From assembly GCA_964016885.1 (NCBI GenBank), contig OZ024747.1:26040001-26104000 (forward strand): a stretch of DNA of 64,000 nucleotides. The letters run 5' to 3'. Origin of the DNA: Eledone cirrhosa. Lineage: Eukaryota. Below, piece by piece: positions 43,461 to 57,080 of this stretch (positions are counted from its first letter, which is position 1; each line of letters begins with the position of its first letter). The translations under genes were made by a program, and so were the position numbers. The notes under the pieces are model-generated. The model saw nothing but the letters and a program-made list of their open reading frames with translations, was not told the origin of the DNA and did not search any database.

Positions 43461-44170
43461 GGTTGCACAACAGTTAGTTCACCATACCGAGAACAATTGT
43501 TTCATCTTCGCGGATCTTCAGCTCGGGATATGTGTATGGTTATAGGAACAGGAAGGACAACCGTACGAACGCGCATGCGCAGAAACTCGGTCACTTCACA
43601 CAGGCAATACTAGACTGCGTGCGGGAGGTGTAAGGGAGATAACTACGAAAGTCCGGAAAGTTTTTAGGTTGAAAATAAAATTAAAAAGGGGAAATCCGAC
43701 GTGTGGCCTATGTATTGACGAACGAATAACTATCCTAAAGAGTTACGCAATAGTGATTGCCTAAACACGGGAAGTGAATTATTCACACGTTGTCCACACG
43801 TCACCAAACATCTATTACATAACTACAAGGCTCCGGACTGATTCTTAGTAATTTTATTTTTAATTTTTTAAATTTTAATTTTATTTTCAACCTAAAAACT
43901 TTCCGGACTTTCGCAGTTATCTCCCTTACACCTCCCGCACGCAGTCTAGTATTGCCTGTGTGAAGTGACCGAGTTTCTGCGCATGCGCGTTCGTACGGTT
44001 GTCCTTCCTGTTCCTATAACCATACACATATCCCGAGCTGAATATCCGCGAAGATGAAACAATTGTTCTCGGTATGGTGAACTAACTGTTGTGTAACCAC
44101 TTCTACCTAACTCGTCCCTTGGACTAGGTGCTCTACCACTACGGATATTACCTTCCAGTGTTCCACCACT
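43459..44170. mobile_element. PLE-like inverted-arm element (family E) with 3' extension
   Basis: Arms ~43459-43686 and ~43874-44100. The right arm continues ~70 nt into (TA)n. Both arms carry the HHR motif. Confidence 0.8.
43487..43526 (-). ncRNA. Minimal type I hammerhead ribozyme (family E)
   Basis: Minus strand: CCGAG-CTGAAGA-TCCGCGAAGAT-GAAA-CAATTG-TT-CTCGG, with palindromic stem III ACAATTGT and a GUU site. The + copy at 44033-44072 has a G8U change. Confidence 0.7.
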
Positions 44171-44365
44171 ATATATATATATATATGTGTGTGTGTCAGT
44201 GCCTGTCTGTCTGTCTCTCTATCACTGTTGCTGGTATGTCAGCCATGAGAAATTACATATCACATAGTATTTGATTCAAACGAGAAATCAAAGTGCTTTG
44301 CTACGCGTTCAAAATACCATCCTAACCAAAATGTAACGTCCATTGTTTTTAGCAATTTACTGCTG

Positions 44366-44440
<75 letters not shown>

Positions 44441-44912
44441 ACACACACACACACGAACACACATACCACCCACAATATGGCGCCTCTACGCATCCCTTAT
44501 GATATATATTTACATATATATATGAGTGCGTATATATATATGTGTGTGTATAAATATGCTGCTGGGCAGACTGTTAATTATATATACAGTTAATATAGAA
44601 ATGACTTCTACGGGACTAGAATTCGAAGGAAATCATCAGAAAAGCCGACTGTCAATGTGATATGATGGTATTTATACATTTTCTGATGGTAGGTGAAGAG
44701 GGAAGGTGGTGATTGGATAGGATGAAGGTCATTGGCTGATGGATTTAAAGGATGAGGATTCTTTGAAAAACAATATTTAGAGAAAAATACATAGTGTAGG
44801 TTCATGTATTTTAAGCAAACAAAGGGTTTTCATTAAGTCGCTGTATTAACATACTCTGTTAAAGGATGGTGAAGTCTACAAATGGTAAGGTGTTTATAAT
44901 CACACACAAACA

Positions 44913-45020
<108 letters not shown>

Positions 45021-45248
45021 CGCGCGCGAACACGCACATACGTATATATTAATACAACCAACTTTCCACGAAATACTATATAGTTAGCACCCCAAACACT
45101 TAATTGGGATTATACTTAGGTATATCCTAATGTTTGTTGAGTGAGATGGAGTTGGTCAGAGTATCGCTTAAAGCTTTCTCTGTTAATGTATTAAATATAT
45201 TAGAAAATATATATTTTCACTAGTTCTGACAGTTGGCAGGTGAATAGT

Positions 45249-45298
45249 GAACTGTACTGATGAAGGATTATACACAGAAACATTAGTGTCTACAGTTC
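45249..45298 (+). ncRNA. Type I hammerhead ribozyme (family D)
   Basis: GAACTGTA-CTGATGA-AGGATTATACACA-GAAA-CATTAGTG-TC-TACAGTTC. Stem I covaries with the 40266 copy (C-G to U-A). Stem II is decayed. Confidence 0.75.
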
Positions 45299-45410
45299 TG
45301 TTTACATGCCAACACAAGAGCAAGAATGAGGGGCTCATTCTACTGACATGGCTTTAAAAATGAGGCTTGTTTGCATAATTGCAAACGTATCGAATAACTC
45401 GGATTACATT

Positions 45411-45476
<66 letters not shown>

Positions 45477-45631
45477 GCACTACTAAGACTATATATTATT
45501 ATGACTTAGCAAAATATAATAGTAAAATAGAAGTGATTTTAGACTTGTATTTTATAGCCTCGAATTTACACATTTATTACATTTATTTATTTCATCAGTG
45601 TTAATTTATCCGGAATATCTTTTACAATTTC

Positions 45632-45683
<52 letters not shown>

Positions 45684-45685
<2 letters not shown>

Positions 45686-45820
45686 GGATCTAGTTGTCGA
45701 AACGCCGGAGCTCAGTCGTCGGGGTTCTGTCTCTTTTCCTATTACCCACTCTACTACCCTATGTATCGAGTACTCTGATGTGTTTGGTCCACCTGGTTTC
45801 TTACCACCTTTTCTTTGTTA
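45684..45820 (+). mobile_element. Family A-related 3' fragment
   Basis: GTCGAAACG.CGGAGCTCAG.CGTCGGGG...CCTATTACCCACTCTACTACC...GAGTACT...GGTCCACCTGG. Confidence 0.7.
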
Positions 45821-45828
45821 TATATATG

Positions 45829-45924
<96 letters not shown>

Positions 45925-46024
45925 CGTGTGTATGTATATATATGTATATATATATACACATAAATATATATATATATACATGTATATATAAATATATATA
46001 CATGTATATATATATATATATATG

Positions 46025-46073
<49 letters not shown>

Positions 46074-46084
46074 TATATATATAT

Positions 46085-46128
<44 letters not shown>

Positions 46129-46139
46129 CATACATGTAT

Positions 46140-46173
<34 letters not shown>

Positions 46174-46384
46174 ACATACAGATGCACACACATATATACA
46201 CATTCTTCTATAGATAGGTATTAGGTATATATACACGATATACCATGTGTCTTGTACAATTCCTTCGAATGAAACAGTTCTTGTCCTGTATAAGCCATTT
46301 CTTTATTAAATATTTATACACTGCTATGTATTGAGTACCTGGGATCGACATATCTCTAGCTCTCTCGCTCTCTCTCTCTCTCTT

Positions 46385-46500
<116 letters not shown>

Positions 46501-46560
46501 ATGTGTGTGTCTCTCTGTGTGTGTATATATATATATATATATATACATATATATAAATAC

Positions 46561-46594
<34 letters not shown>

Positions 46595-46597
46595 GTA

Positions 46598-46628
<31 letters not shown>

Positions 46629-46629
46629 A

Positions 46630-46736
<107 letters not shown>

Positions 46737-46747
46737 ATGTGTGTCTC

Positions 46748-46786
<39 letters not shown>

Positions 46787-46797
46787 ATGTGTGTCTC

Positions 46798-46837
<40 letters not shown>

Positions 46838-46838
46838 C

Positions 46839-46970
<132 letters not shown>

Positions 46971-46999
46971 GTATTTATATATATATATATATATATATA

Positions 47000-47123
47000 T
47001 GATTTCTAATGAATGAAACAGTTCTAGTCCTGTAGAATCTCATCTATATTAAAACTGTTATACTCTGCTATGTATTGAGTACCTTACTTACTGTGGTTAC
47101 CTCCGATTCAACCCGGAATAACG
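47000..47123 (+). mobile_element. Family B pLTR 3' fragment (HHR missing its 5' end)
   Basis: Near-identical to 62024-62147. Other family B scraps lie at ~32470-32550, 44590-44650, 46268-46340 and 54321-54370. Confidence 0.8.
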
Positions 47124-47145
47124 TATATATATATATATATATGTA

Positions 47146-47275
<130 letters not shown>

Positions 47276-47940
47276 TTACATATATATATATACATACCTA
47301 TGTATACATAAGAAGTTTTCGTGACAATTTTCATTTCACTGCATATAAAAGGTATGGAATATTGATAACTTTTTTTTTTTATCAACTCTGCAACTACCTG
47401 CAAGAATTCACACATAATAAATATTTTCTCGGTAAACTGGCCCATTTTCGTGTCAGATAATATTTATCAATAATCCTGTGGGGAAAGATCTATGTCTGTT
47501 TTATTTAATGTCTCTCTTAAAGTTCATTAGCTTTCCTAATAACGTTATTACTTCCATGCTTGTAAACTTCAACAAAATAGATGTAGCGCTCATACTTTTG
47601 TACATATTTCAATGCTACAATTGGGGGGCCTTCTGTAATGTAAATACTGATTTAAGACCTCTCTCCCATGAATTCTTTCTGAATGTGAGAAATATAATCT
47701 ATATCTATGTATTCATCGACGGTGAATTAAAATTTCCAATAACATAGAGCAATCAGAATTTTTCTGTCCATCATGTTGAGACATTCTAATAAAATGTCCA
47801 ATTCAGAAAGTCGAATATAGGAGTGAAGATAGGATCGCAAATGATGTGGCTGGTGTGTTTTGTTGTATGCAAAAGGATTTGAAGTTCATTTTTTACCTCT
47901 ACATTCTTTATATTAATTCTCTTGATACTTGCTCCTTCAA

Positions 47941-48095
47941 GCGGCGAATTGGCAGAGTAGTTAGAGCGTGGGATTAAATATACGTGCATTTGTTCCGGCA
48001 CAATGGGCTCTGCATTTTTAATCCGTTGACGTCAACTTTGAATCTCATCATTTCGAGGACGACAAATAAACAACCAGTTCAATACTGGGGTTGAT
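47941..48095 (+). mobile_element. Degenerate tRNA-derived SINE
   Basis: GGCGAATTGGCAGAGTAGTTAGAGCG head and GTCAACTTTG...TTTCGAGG core. Confidence 0.6.
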
Positions 48096-49798
48096 TCTTC
48101 CTAGTTATCCATTTTTCACTCCTCTCGTTTTCTCTGTTTTTCTCCCTGTCCTTCTCTTTCTCTTTCACTATTTCAGGTTCGATGAATAAAGCACTAGTCC
48201 GGGAGGGAGTGGATTGGTGAAATTGTTATAGAGTCGAACTGGGTGAATAGCTGTATTTAATCCTGCCCTATGCTCCCTGAAGTCAAATCACACCTTCTTC
48301 TGCCTGGAGTTGCAACCGGAAAGAATATAAATATAGTTTCTGTAATCCGATCTAATTATGAGACCCTTTTCTTTCCTTTTTTCCTTGTTACATTCGATAT
48401 CCAAAATGGCGTCTGTATGTTTGTTTCGGTGCTTGGAAACTTATTGGTGTTAATATAAGGTTGCATTTCGTAGCCTAGATATACGTTGGGTCGAAACTCC
48501 GTCGGTTCCGACAGTGTTTAAGGCATTAGCGAGTAGAACAACCACTTTCGTATCACGTACAAGTGGCTGAGTATTCCCCAAACAAGTGTATTTTTAACAT
48601 AGTTCTGAAGAAAATTCAGCGTAATACTGGGTGTAACAAGAGTGGCTCGGGAATCGAACTCACAACCTTACATTCGTGAACACAACATCTAAGCTGTGCG
48701 CCTTCACCAACCCAGATATATATTAACTTGATATTATACTACTTCCTCTCCCTCTCCCAAACTTTCATTTACCATCGGGATGATTATTATCGATTGGCAA
48801 GGGAGTTTTATCGATCAATACTACCTCCGAACTTTTCTATCGTTTTATCAAAGAGTCCAAATGTTCGTTATTACTGCTAGCATTTTAGACAGAGTATCAT
48901 GATTATTGTATCGTTGTATACATTTGTTCCTTTGTTTCCATTAATATGTGCTCAATCACAGCATGCAGAAATCCCAAGGTGTTTGTTGAATTAATCAGGC
49001 AAAGACATGTAAAATAGGAGAAATTGACTCCGTTAGTGTTACAATACATCTCACTGGTTAGGCATTTGTTTTGGTGGATACCCATTTCTAAGTCCAACTA
49101 TTTTCTACACGATGTAAGTTAATGTGTTTTATATGCAACATATTAATGCAGTAGAGTAGTAGCCTTGTTAAAACCTTGGATAAAATGATTTGGAGTATTT
49201 TCCTAACACTAAGTTCAAATCTCGTCGAAGTCCACTTTACCCTTAAATAAAGTACCAATTCAATACTGGAGTCGTTGCTTCTTCTATATCACTTTTCTTC
49301 CTCGCTCCCCTTTCTTTACTTCGCCTTTTCTTTTTTCTCCCTCTTTCGAAGAAATCGACTTTGTTCCAACTTGGAGTCCAAGGATGATATATCAATTTTT
49401 TCTTGTTGTTGTTGTTGTTTCCGATCTAATTACGGCATTGTTTCCTGGTCCGATCTGACGATTGGCTTATTCCTTGCCATCATATGTATATGTATATATA
49501 TGTGTGTGTGTGTGTATATGTATATATAGTAGTGTAGGTAGTACAGTGAAATACTAGTGTTGGTACCAAATCAAGCATTCTACTATGCACAGGCAGAATA
49601 TTAGGTGTGAACCAAAGTTGTAGCTGCCATACAGAAGCTACTATTTTAGTTGTTTGAGGCAATCACAAAGCACTCAATGGAGAGAAAAGTTAATATATTA
49701 CCGCCCAGAGTAAACACAACAGATAAAAATGACACCAAGATAAACGACCCAAGTCAGTGGTCGTACATATACAACAACAACGATAGATACAGAAAGGT

Positions 49799-49894
<96 letters not shown>

Positions 49895-50146
49895 AGAGTA
49901 AAGGAACAAGGGTTTAGTGTTGCATCATAACATATTTAATAACATATTACATACGTTTCTCTATCGATCAGCTCGAGGAAAGACCTATTATAGATCGAAA
50001 CTACGGACGCAATTTTTCTTGCACCCATACAACTATATATATATATATATATATAAGCAGAAGGGATATTCAATTTGTTGGTAATTCAACAAATATAAAT
50101 ATTTATAACTGATTCAGAGCACTCCACAAGTTTTCTGGAGTATAAT

Positions 50147-50390
50147 ATACAATGATATTAAATAAATGGAAACTATATTTATAAAACCATATTTATTCTA
50201 TTATATATATTTCAAGAGTACCAACATTTTGGTACGCTATCATCAGATGAAATACGAAGTGTGTTTTATAAATTTTGACATATAACAAAGGAGAATATAC
50301 CTTAACGGTTCAACTTATCCTTGAAATATATATAATAGAATAAATATGGTTTTATAAAAATAGTTTCCATTTATTTAATATCATTGTATA
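50147..50390. mobile_element. Inverted-arm element (family F)
   Basis: 50147-50215 is the reverse complement of ~50321-50390. An HHR lies on the minus strand. Confidence 0.7.
50194..50254 (-). ncRNA. Type I hammerhead ribozyme (family F)
   Basis: Minus strand: TATTTCAT-CTGATGA-T-AG.GTACCAA(AATG)TTGGTAC.CT-T-GAAA-TATATA-TA-ATAGAATA. Stem I has one mismatch. Confidence 0.65.
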
Positions 50391-50406
50391 TATATATATA
50401 TATATG

Positions 50407-51150
50407 TTTTTTCCTATCTTTGCGTTGCTATCAATCCTTCTTGTTTGTTTACTTGTCTCGCCCGCTTTACGCGATTTACTTGTCCCAATAGCTTTATTTA
50501 GCTATTGCTCGCACCAACCGGAGGTTATATGATTTTTAAAGCGATGAAATACCAATGAAGGTTGGAAAATCACTGACGAAGGACTATTTTTATCATATGT
50601 AACCCATGTTCAACCACGCAGTATTCTTTCTTCTCATGTTTTTTATATATATTTACCTCGGCTGCGTTTGTCTGTTTCTCTCTTACTGCTTCCTCGCTCT
50701 CTCTGTTTCTCTCACCTTCTTTCGCCCCCTCTGTCAGTTACACTTTCTCTCGACTGGCCACTTCCACTCACTCACTCTCTGTTTCTCCCCTTCTCACTTC
50801 CTCCCGTTTGGCCTGTGTGGGTTCTCTTCTTGCTCACATCTCACTCACGTCGGATGGTCTGTATCTCGCTCGCTCATGAAATTCACCCAGCTTAAACTGA
50901 CCGGATAACCATGTTGCTTGTTTTTTCCTATCTTTGCGTTGTTATCAATCCTTCTTGTTTGTTTACTTGTCTAGCCCGCTTTACGCGATTTACTTGTTCC
51001 AATAGCTTTATTTAGTTATTGCTCGCACCAACCGGAGGTATATGATTTTTAAAGCGATGAAATACCAATGAAGGTTGGAAAATCACTGACGAAGGACTAT
51101 TTTTATCATATGTAACCCATGTGCAACCACGCAGTATTCTTTCTTCTCAT

Positions 51151-51153
<3 letters not shown>
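50407..51153 (+). repeat. Family G partial tandem dimer (~513-nt period)
   Basis: 50407-50645 is repeated at ~50920-51153. Confidence 0.85.
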
Positions 51154-51219
<66 letters not shown>

Positions 51220-51763
51220 AATAATAATAAGTTAACGGGACTAGCATTATGTTTCCCTGCTAGTACCGGTTGCATCTCAGCGAACTCAATAGGTAATAGG
51301 TAAGGTTATACATGAATCACAGAGTAGACACAAAGTTATTTGCCTCGATACAACACACGTATATATAATATACAATATATATATAGTTAGAGATACACTG
51401 GGGGCAGGTGTTTATGTAGTTAGCAGATAAGGGTCGAAATATCAATTTCATCTCGTCTGCCAATGCACTTATTCAGACTTTCGTCTGTCATTTCATTGTT
51501 TTTGTTCGATATCTGTTCTTGTAATAGTCGTAGGGGTGGGGGGTGGGGGTGGCACTAACCTTCACATTAATGAGGTGACACTATTCTAGATGACTTTGCA
51601 GCATCTCTTTCAGGAAATTATTAATTACAGTAATATAACTGTGCTTAATTGCTTTTAAACAAGTTCAGTAATAGAGAGATACGTGGGGAAGATATGGGAA
51701 ATAGATAGATACTGAAAGGGAGAGATATAGAGAGTTAGAGAGAGAGAAATACAGCAGGGCGAT

Positions 51764-51803
<40 letters not shown>

Positions 51804-51902
51804 AGAAAGAGGGAGAGAGGGGGGCGCAGAAACAGAGAGAGAGAGAGAGAAACGAAACAATACAATTTAAGTGATAGGATCGTAATGATAGCAATATTAT
51901 AA

Positions 51903-51984
<82 letters not shown>

Positions 51985-52237
51985 GAAGAGAAAAACAGAA
52001 ATAAAAAATTGGTAGATGGTAGATATGGTGAAAGAGAGAGAGAAAGAAAGAAAGAGAGAGAGAGGAGAGAGAGAGGGGGAGGAGAGAGGGAGAGAGAGAG
52101 AGAGAGAGAGTGAGAGAGAGACGAAGGGAGAAGGGGAGGGAGAGATTGGTCACACACACACTGAGTAAACAATAGGTATTGACATGGCTTGGTTTGTAAA
52201 TCGGAGATTCTGGTAGATAAAGGATATAGTAGACATG

Positions 52238-52324
<87 letters not shown>

Positions 52325-52439
52325 AATACAGATACAATTACACGGTTCTATTAGTTTCACGCTTGTCGGAAAAGGAAAGGGAATACATATATATAAATAT
52401 GTTTGTTAGTGTGTATATGTATACACACACACACATATG

Positions 52440-53206
<767 letters not shown>

Positions 53207-53215
53207 TACATATAT

Positions 53216-53246
<31 letters not shown>

Positions 53247-53253
53247 CATAAAT

Positions 53254-53284
<31 letters not shown>

Positions 53285-53345
53285 CATATATACATATATA
53301 CACACACACATATATATATATATATATACATAAATATACATATAT

Positions 53346-53530
53346 AGGAAAAGACGGCTGAGCTCCGGGTGTTTCGACATCTAGATCCGAACTGATCTAG
53401 CTGTCGAAACGGCCGGAGCTCAGCCATCGAGCTTCTGACCCTTTTCCTATTACCCCCTCTAATATCCTAAGTATCGAGTACTCCGGTGTGTTATGGTCTA
53501 CCTAGTATTTTACCACACTTTCTTTCACAA
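53346..53530. mobile_element. Family A-related fragment with short 5' inversion
   Basis: GGCTGAGCTCCGG..TTTCGACA (minus) is followed by TGTCGAAACGGCCGGAGCTCAGCC (plus) and the family tail. Confidence 0.7.
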
Positions 53531-54126
53531 CCTACCTAATCCTTTTTTCTTAAATAAATTAAATGTCACCCAGCAAGAATTGCTTCCCCCTGCATATTAA
53601 CTCTCTAAAAAGGGAAATCATATCAAACCACAGTCCACCATTTGCCTCCTTCACGGAACCATGGTTCAACTAAGCACTCTTGCGATATTAACACATTTTG
53701 AACTGCTTAATTTCAATGACTGTGCTTGTAAATAACATTAACTTTTCTTCCACATTGACTTTTTACGTTCCACATTATGCACGGGTTTTTTTTTTTCCTT
53801 TTTCTTTTTTTATTTTCACTTCTTAAACCTTGTTTGTATATAACATTATTCTTTCTGCACTTTCTGTTTAACATGTGTGACACCACACTAATACATTTCA
53901 CTATCATTTGATAATGCATATAAATGCAGAAACCGGTAATAGACAATAATTAAATATATAAATAGATAAATAAATGCCTTTGTTAAATAATAAATAAATC
54001 AACTAACACTTCACACAAAGTAAAACATTTCGTTTTAATCATTTTCTAACCCAGAAAAAAGAGAGAGACACAAAAAAAAAAGGAAAAATATATAGTTTTC
54101 TTCTTCATAATCGTCTCTTTCTCCGT

Positions 54127-54322
<196 letters not shown>

Positions 54323-54787
54323 TTTCTTCAGGACTAAGACTGTTTCATTCAAAAGAAATCACCAGGAAAGCTGACTGACCTTGTTAAACTGTTGTATTTA
54401 TATGTTTTCTGGTGGTTGGGGATGGTGTTTTTTTGGGGGGTAGGTGGCGATCATTGGACAAGTGATTTTTAAAAAAAACCCAGAAATTCTTTGAAAAAAA
54501 TATTTTTAGATATACACAATAATACAAGGCCACAGATAAATATCAAGGTTCTTATTCACACTCACACACACACACACACGTACACATACACGCATGCACA
54601 GACACATACACATGAATGCCCACACTCTTGAAGAGTTGATTTATTCTAAGAATATATCTATACAAATGGGATTTATCTGAGACTAATAATTGTCAGGATC
54701 TAGCCAAAAATGTTCGCACCAATGTAATATTGACACTTGTCAAATCAATTACTGATGAAGGTAGTGGAATTTGCAACAAAAGCGGTG

Positions 54788-54862
<75 letters not shown>

Positions 54863-54880
54863 CTGTGTGTATATATATAT

Positions 54881-54998
<118 letters not shown>

Positions 54999-55028
54999 GT
55001 ATATATATGTATATATATATAGAGATAA

Positions 55029-55081
<53 letters not shown>

Positions 55082-55110
55082 CATATATATATATAGTTTT
55101 AATATAGATG

Positions 55111-55161
55111 AGATTCTACAGGACTAGAACTGTTTCATTCTTTAGAAATCATCAGGAATCT
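55111..55161 (-). ncRNA. Type I hammerhead ribozyme (family B)
   Basis: Reverse complement of 62014-62064. Confidence 0.85.
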
Positions 55162-55198
55162 GGGTAAATGACCTACACCCATCCCACTCCCCACTCCT

Positions 55199-55395
55199 AA
55201 GTGAATGAGAAATAGGAGAAAAGTGAAAATGAAAATGAAAACAAAACAAAGGTAGAAGGGTTACCGTAGTGGAGATTTAATCCCAATATGGGCGTGAGCC
55301 CGAAATATTGGGATTAAATCTCCACTACGGTAACGCTTCTACCTTTGATTTGTTTTCATTTTCATTTTCACTTTTCTCCTATTTCTCATTCACTT
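55199..55395. repeat. ~195-bp hairpin with ~90-bp arms
   Basis: AAGTGAATGAGAAATAGGAGAAAAGTG...GATTTAATCCCAATAT and its reverse complement. Confidence 0.9.
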
Positions 55396-55487
55396 CTTAC
55401 CTCGAGATTTCCCATCTGCATTGTTGTGGCTTTCTAAACTACATATTTTACACATTTCACAATGCTTCAAGCAAACTTTAACACCCT

Positions 55488-55530
<43 letters not shown>

Positions 55531-55541
<11 letters not shown>

Positions 55542-57080
55542 AATATAGACATAGAATATTCGAAAATATTCTGTATGTTTATAATAAACATTTTGAAGAC
55601 CTAATCGCTATAGAATAGAATACGTCACGTATTAAAATTAGATTCTCGATAAAAGCAAGGGAAGTAATCTACGCGTTTCATTCTCGTTAGAAATCATCAG
55701 GACTACATATCCAGTGCTTTTATCGAGAATGACACAGCTAGAGACTTATAGAATACTTAGCTGTGTACAGGAACTGGTTTGAAAGAGCGGTTGCCGGTCC
55801 GGCAGAAATTAGAAATTGGAATAAATGCTCTGAAATAGCGATATATATGTGAATATAGACATAGAATATTCGAAAATATTCTGTATGTTTATAATAAACA
55901 TTTTGAAGACCTAATCGCTATAGAATAGAATACGTCACGTATTAAAATTAGATTCTCGATAAAAGCAAGGGAAGTAATCTACGCGTTTCATTCTCGTTAG
56001 AAATCATCAGGACTACATATCCAGTGCTTTTATCGAGAATGACACAGCTAGAGACTTATAGAATACTTAGCTGTGTACAGGAACTGGTTTGAAAGAGCGG
56101 TTGCCGGTCCGGCAGAAATTAGAAATTGGAATAAATGCTCTGAAATAGCGATATATATGTGAATATAGACATAGAATATTCGAAAATATTCTGTATGTTT
56201 ATAATAAACATTTTGAAGACCTAATCGCTATAGAATAGAATACGTCACGTATTAAAATTAGATTCTCGATAAAAGCAAGGGAAGTAATCTACGCGTTTCA
56301 TTCTCGTTAGAAATCATCAGGACTACATATCCAGTGCTTTTATCGAGAATGACACAGCTAGAGACTTATAGAATACTTAGCTGTGTACAGGAACTGGTTT
56401 GAAAGAGCGGTTGCCGGTCCGGCAGAAATTAGAAATTGGAATAAATGCTCTGAAATAGCGATATATATGTGAATATAGACATAGAATATTCGAAAATATT
56501 CTGTATGTTTATAATAAACATTTTGAAGACCTAATCGCTATAGAATAGAATACGTCACGTATTAAAATTAGATTCTCGATAAAAGCAAGGGAAGTAATCT
56601 ACGCGTTTCATTCTCGTTAGAAATCATCAGGACTACATATCCAGTGCTTTTATCGAGAATGACACAGCTAGAGACTTATAGAATACTTAGCTGTGTACAG
56701 GAACTGGTTTGAAAGAGCGGTTGCCGGTCCGGCAGAAATTAGAAATTGGAATAAATGCTCTGAAATAGCGATATATATGTGAATATAGACATAGAATATT
56801 CGAAAATATTCTGTATGTTTATAATAAACATTTTGAAGACCTAATCGCTATAGAATAGAATACGTCACGTATTAAAATTAGATTCTCGATAAAAGCAAGG
56901 GAAGTAATCTACGCGTTTCATTCTCGTTAGAAATCATCAGGACTACATATCCAGTGCTTTTATCGAGAATGACACAGCTAGAGACTTATAGAATACTTAG
57001 CTGTGTACAGGAACTGGTTTGAAAGAGCGGTTGCCGGTCCGGCAGAAATTAGAAATTGGAATAAATGCTCTGAAATAGCG
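55531..57080 (-). mobile_element. Retrozyme array, left arm: 5 x 310-nt HHR-containing units
   Basis: Units start at 55531, 55841, 56151, 56461 and 56771. Each contains GTAATCTACGCGTTTCATTCTCGTTAGAAATCATCAGGACTAC (HHR on the minus strand). Confidence 0.9.
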
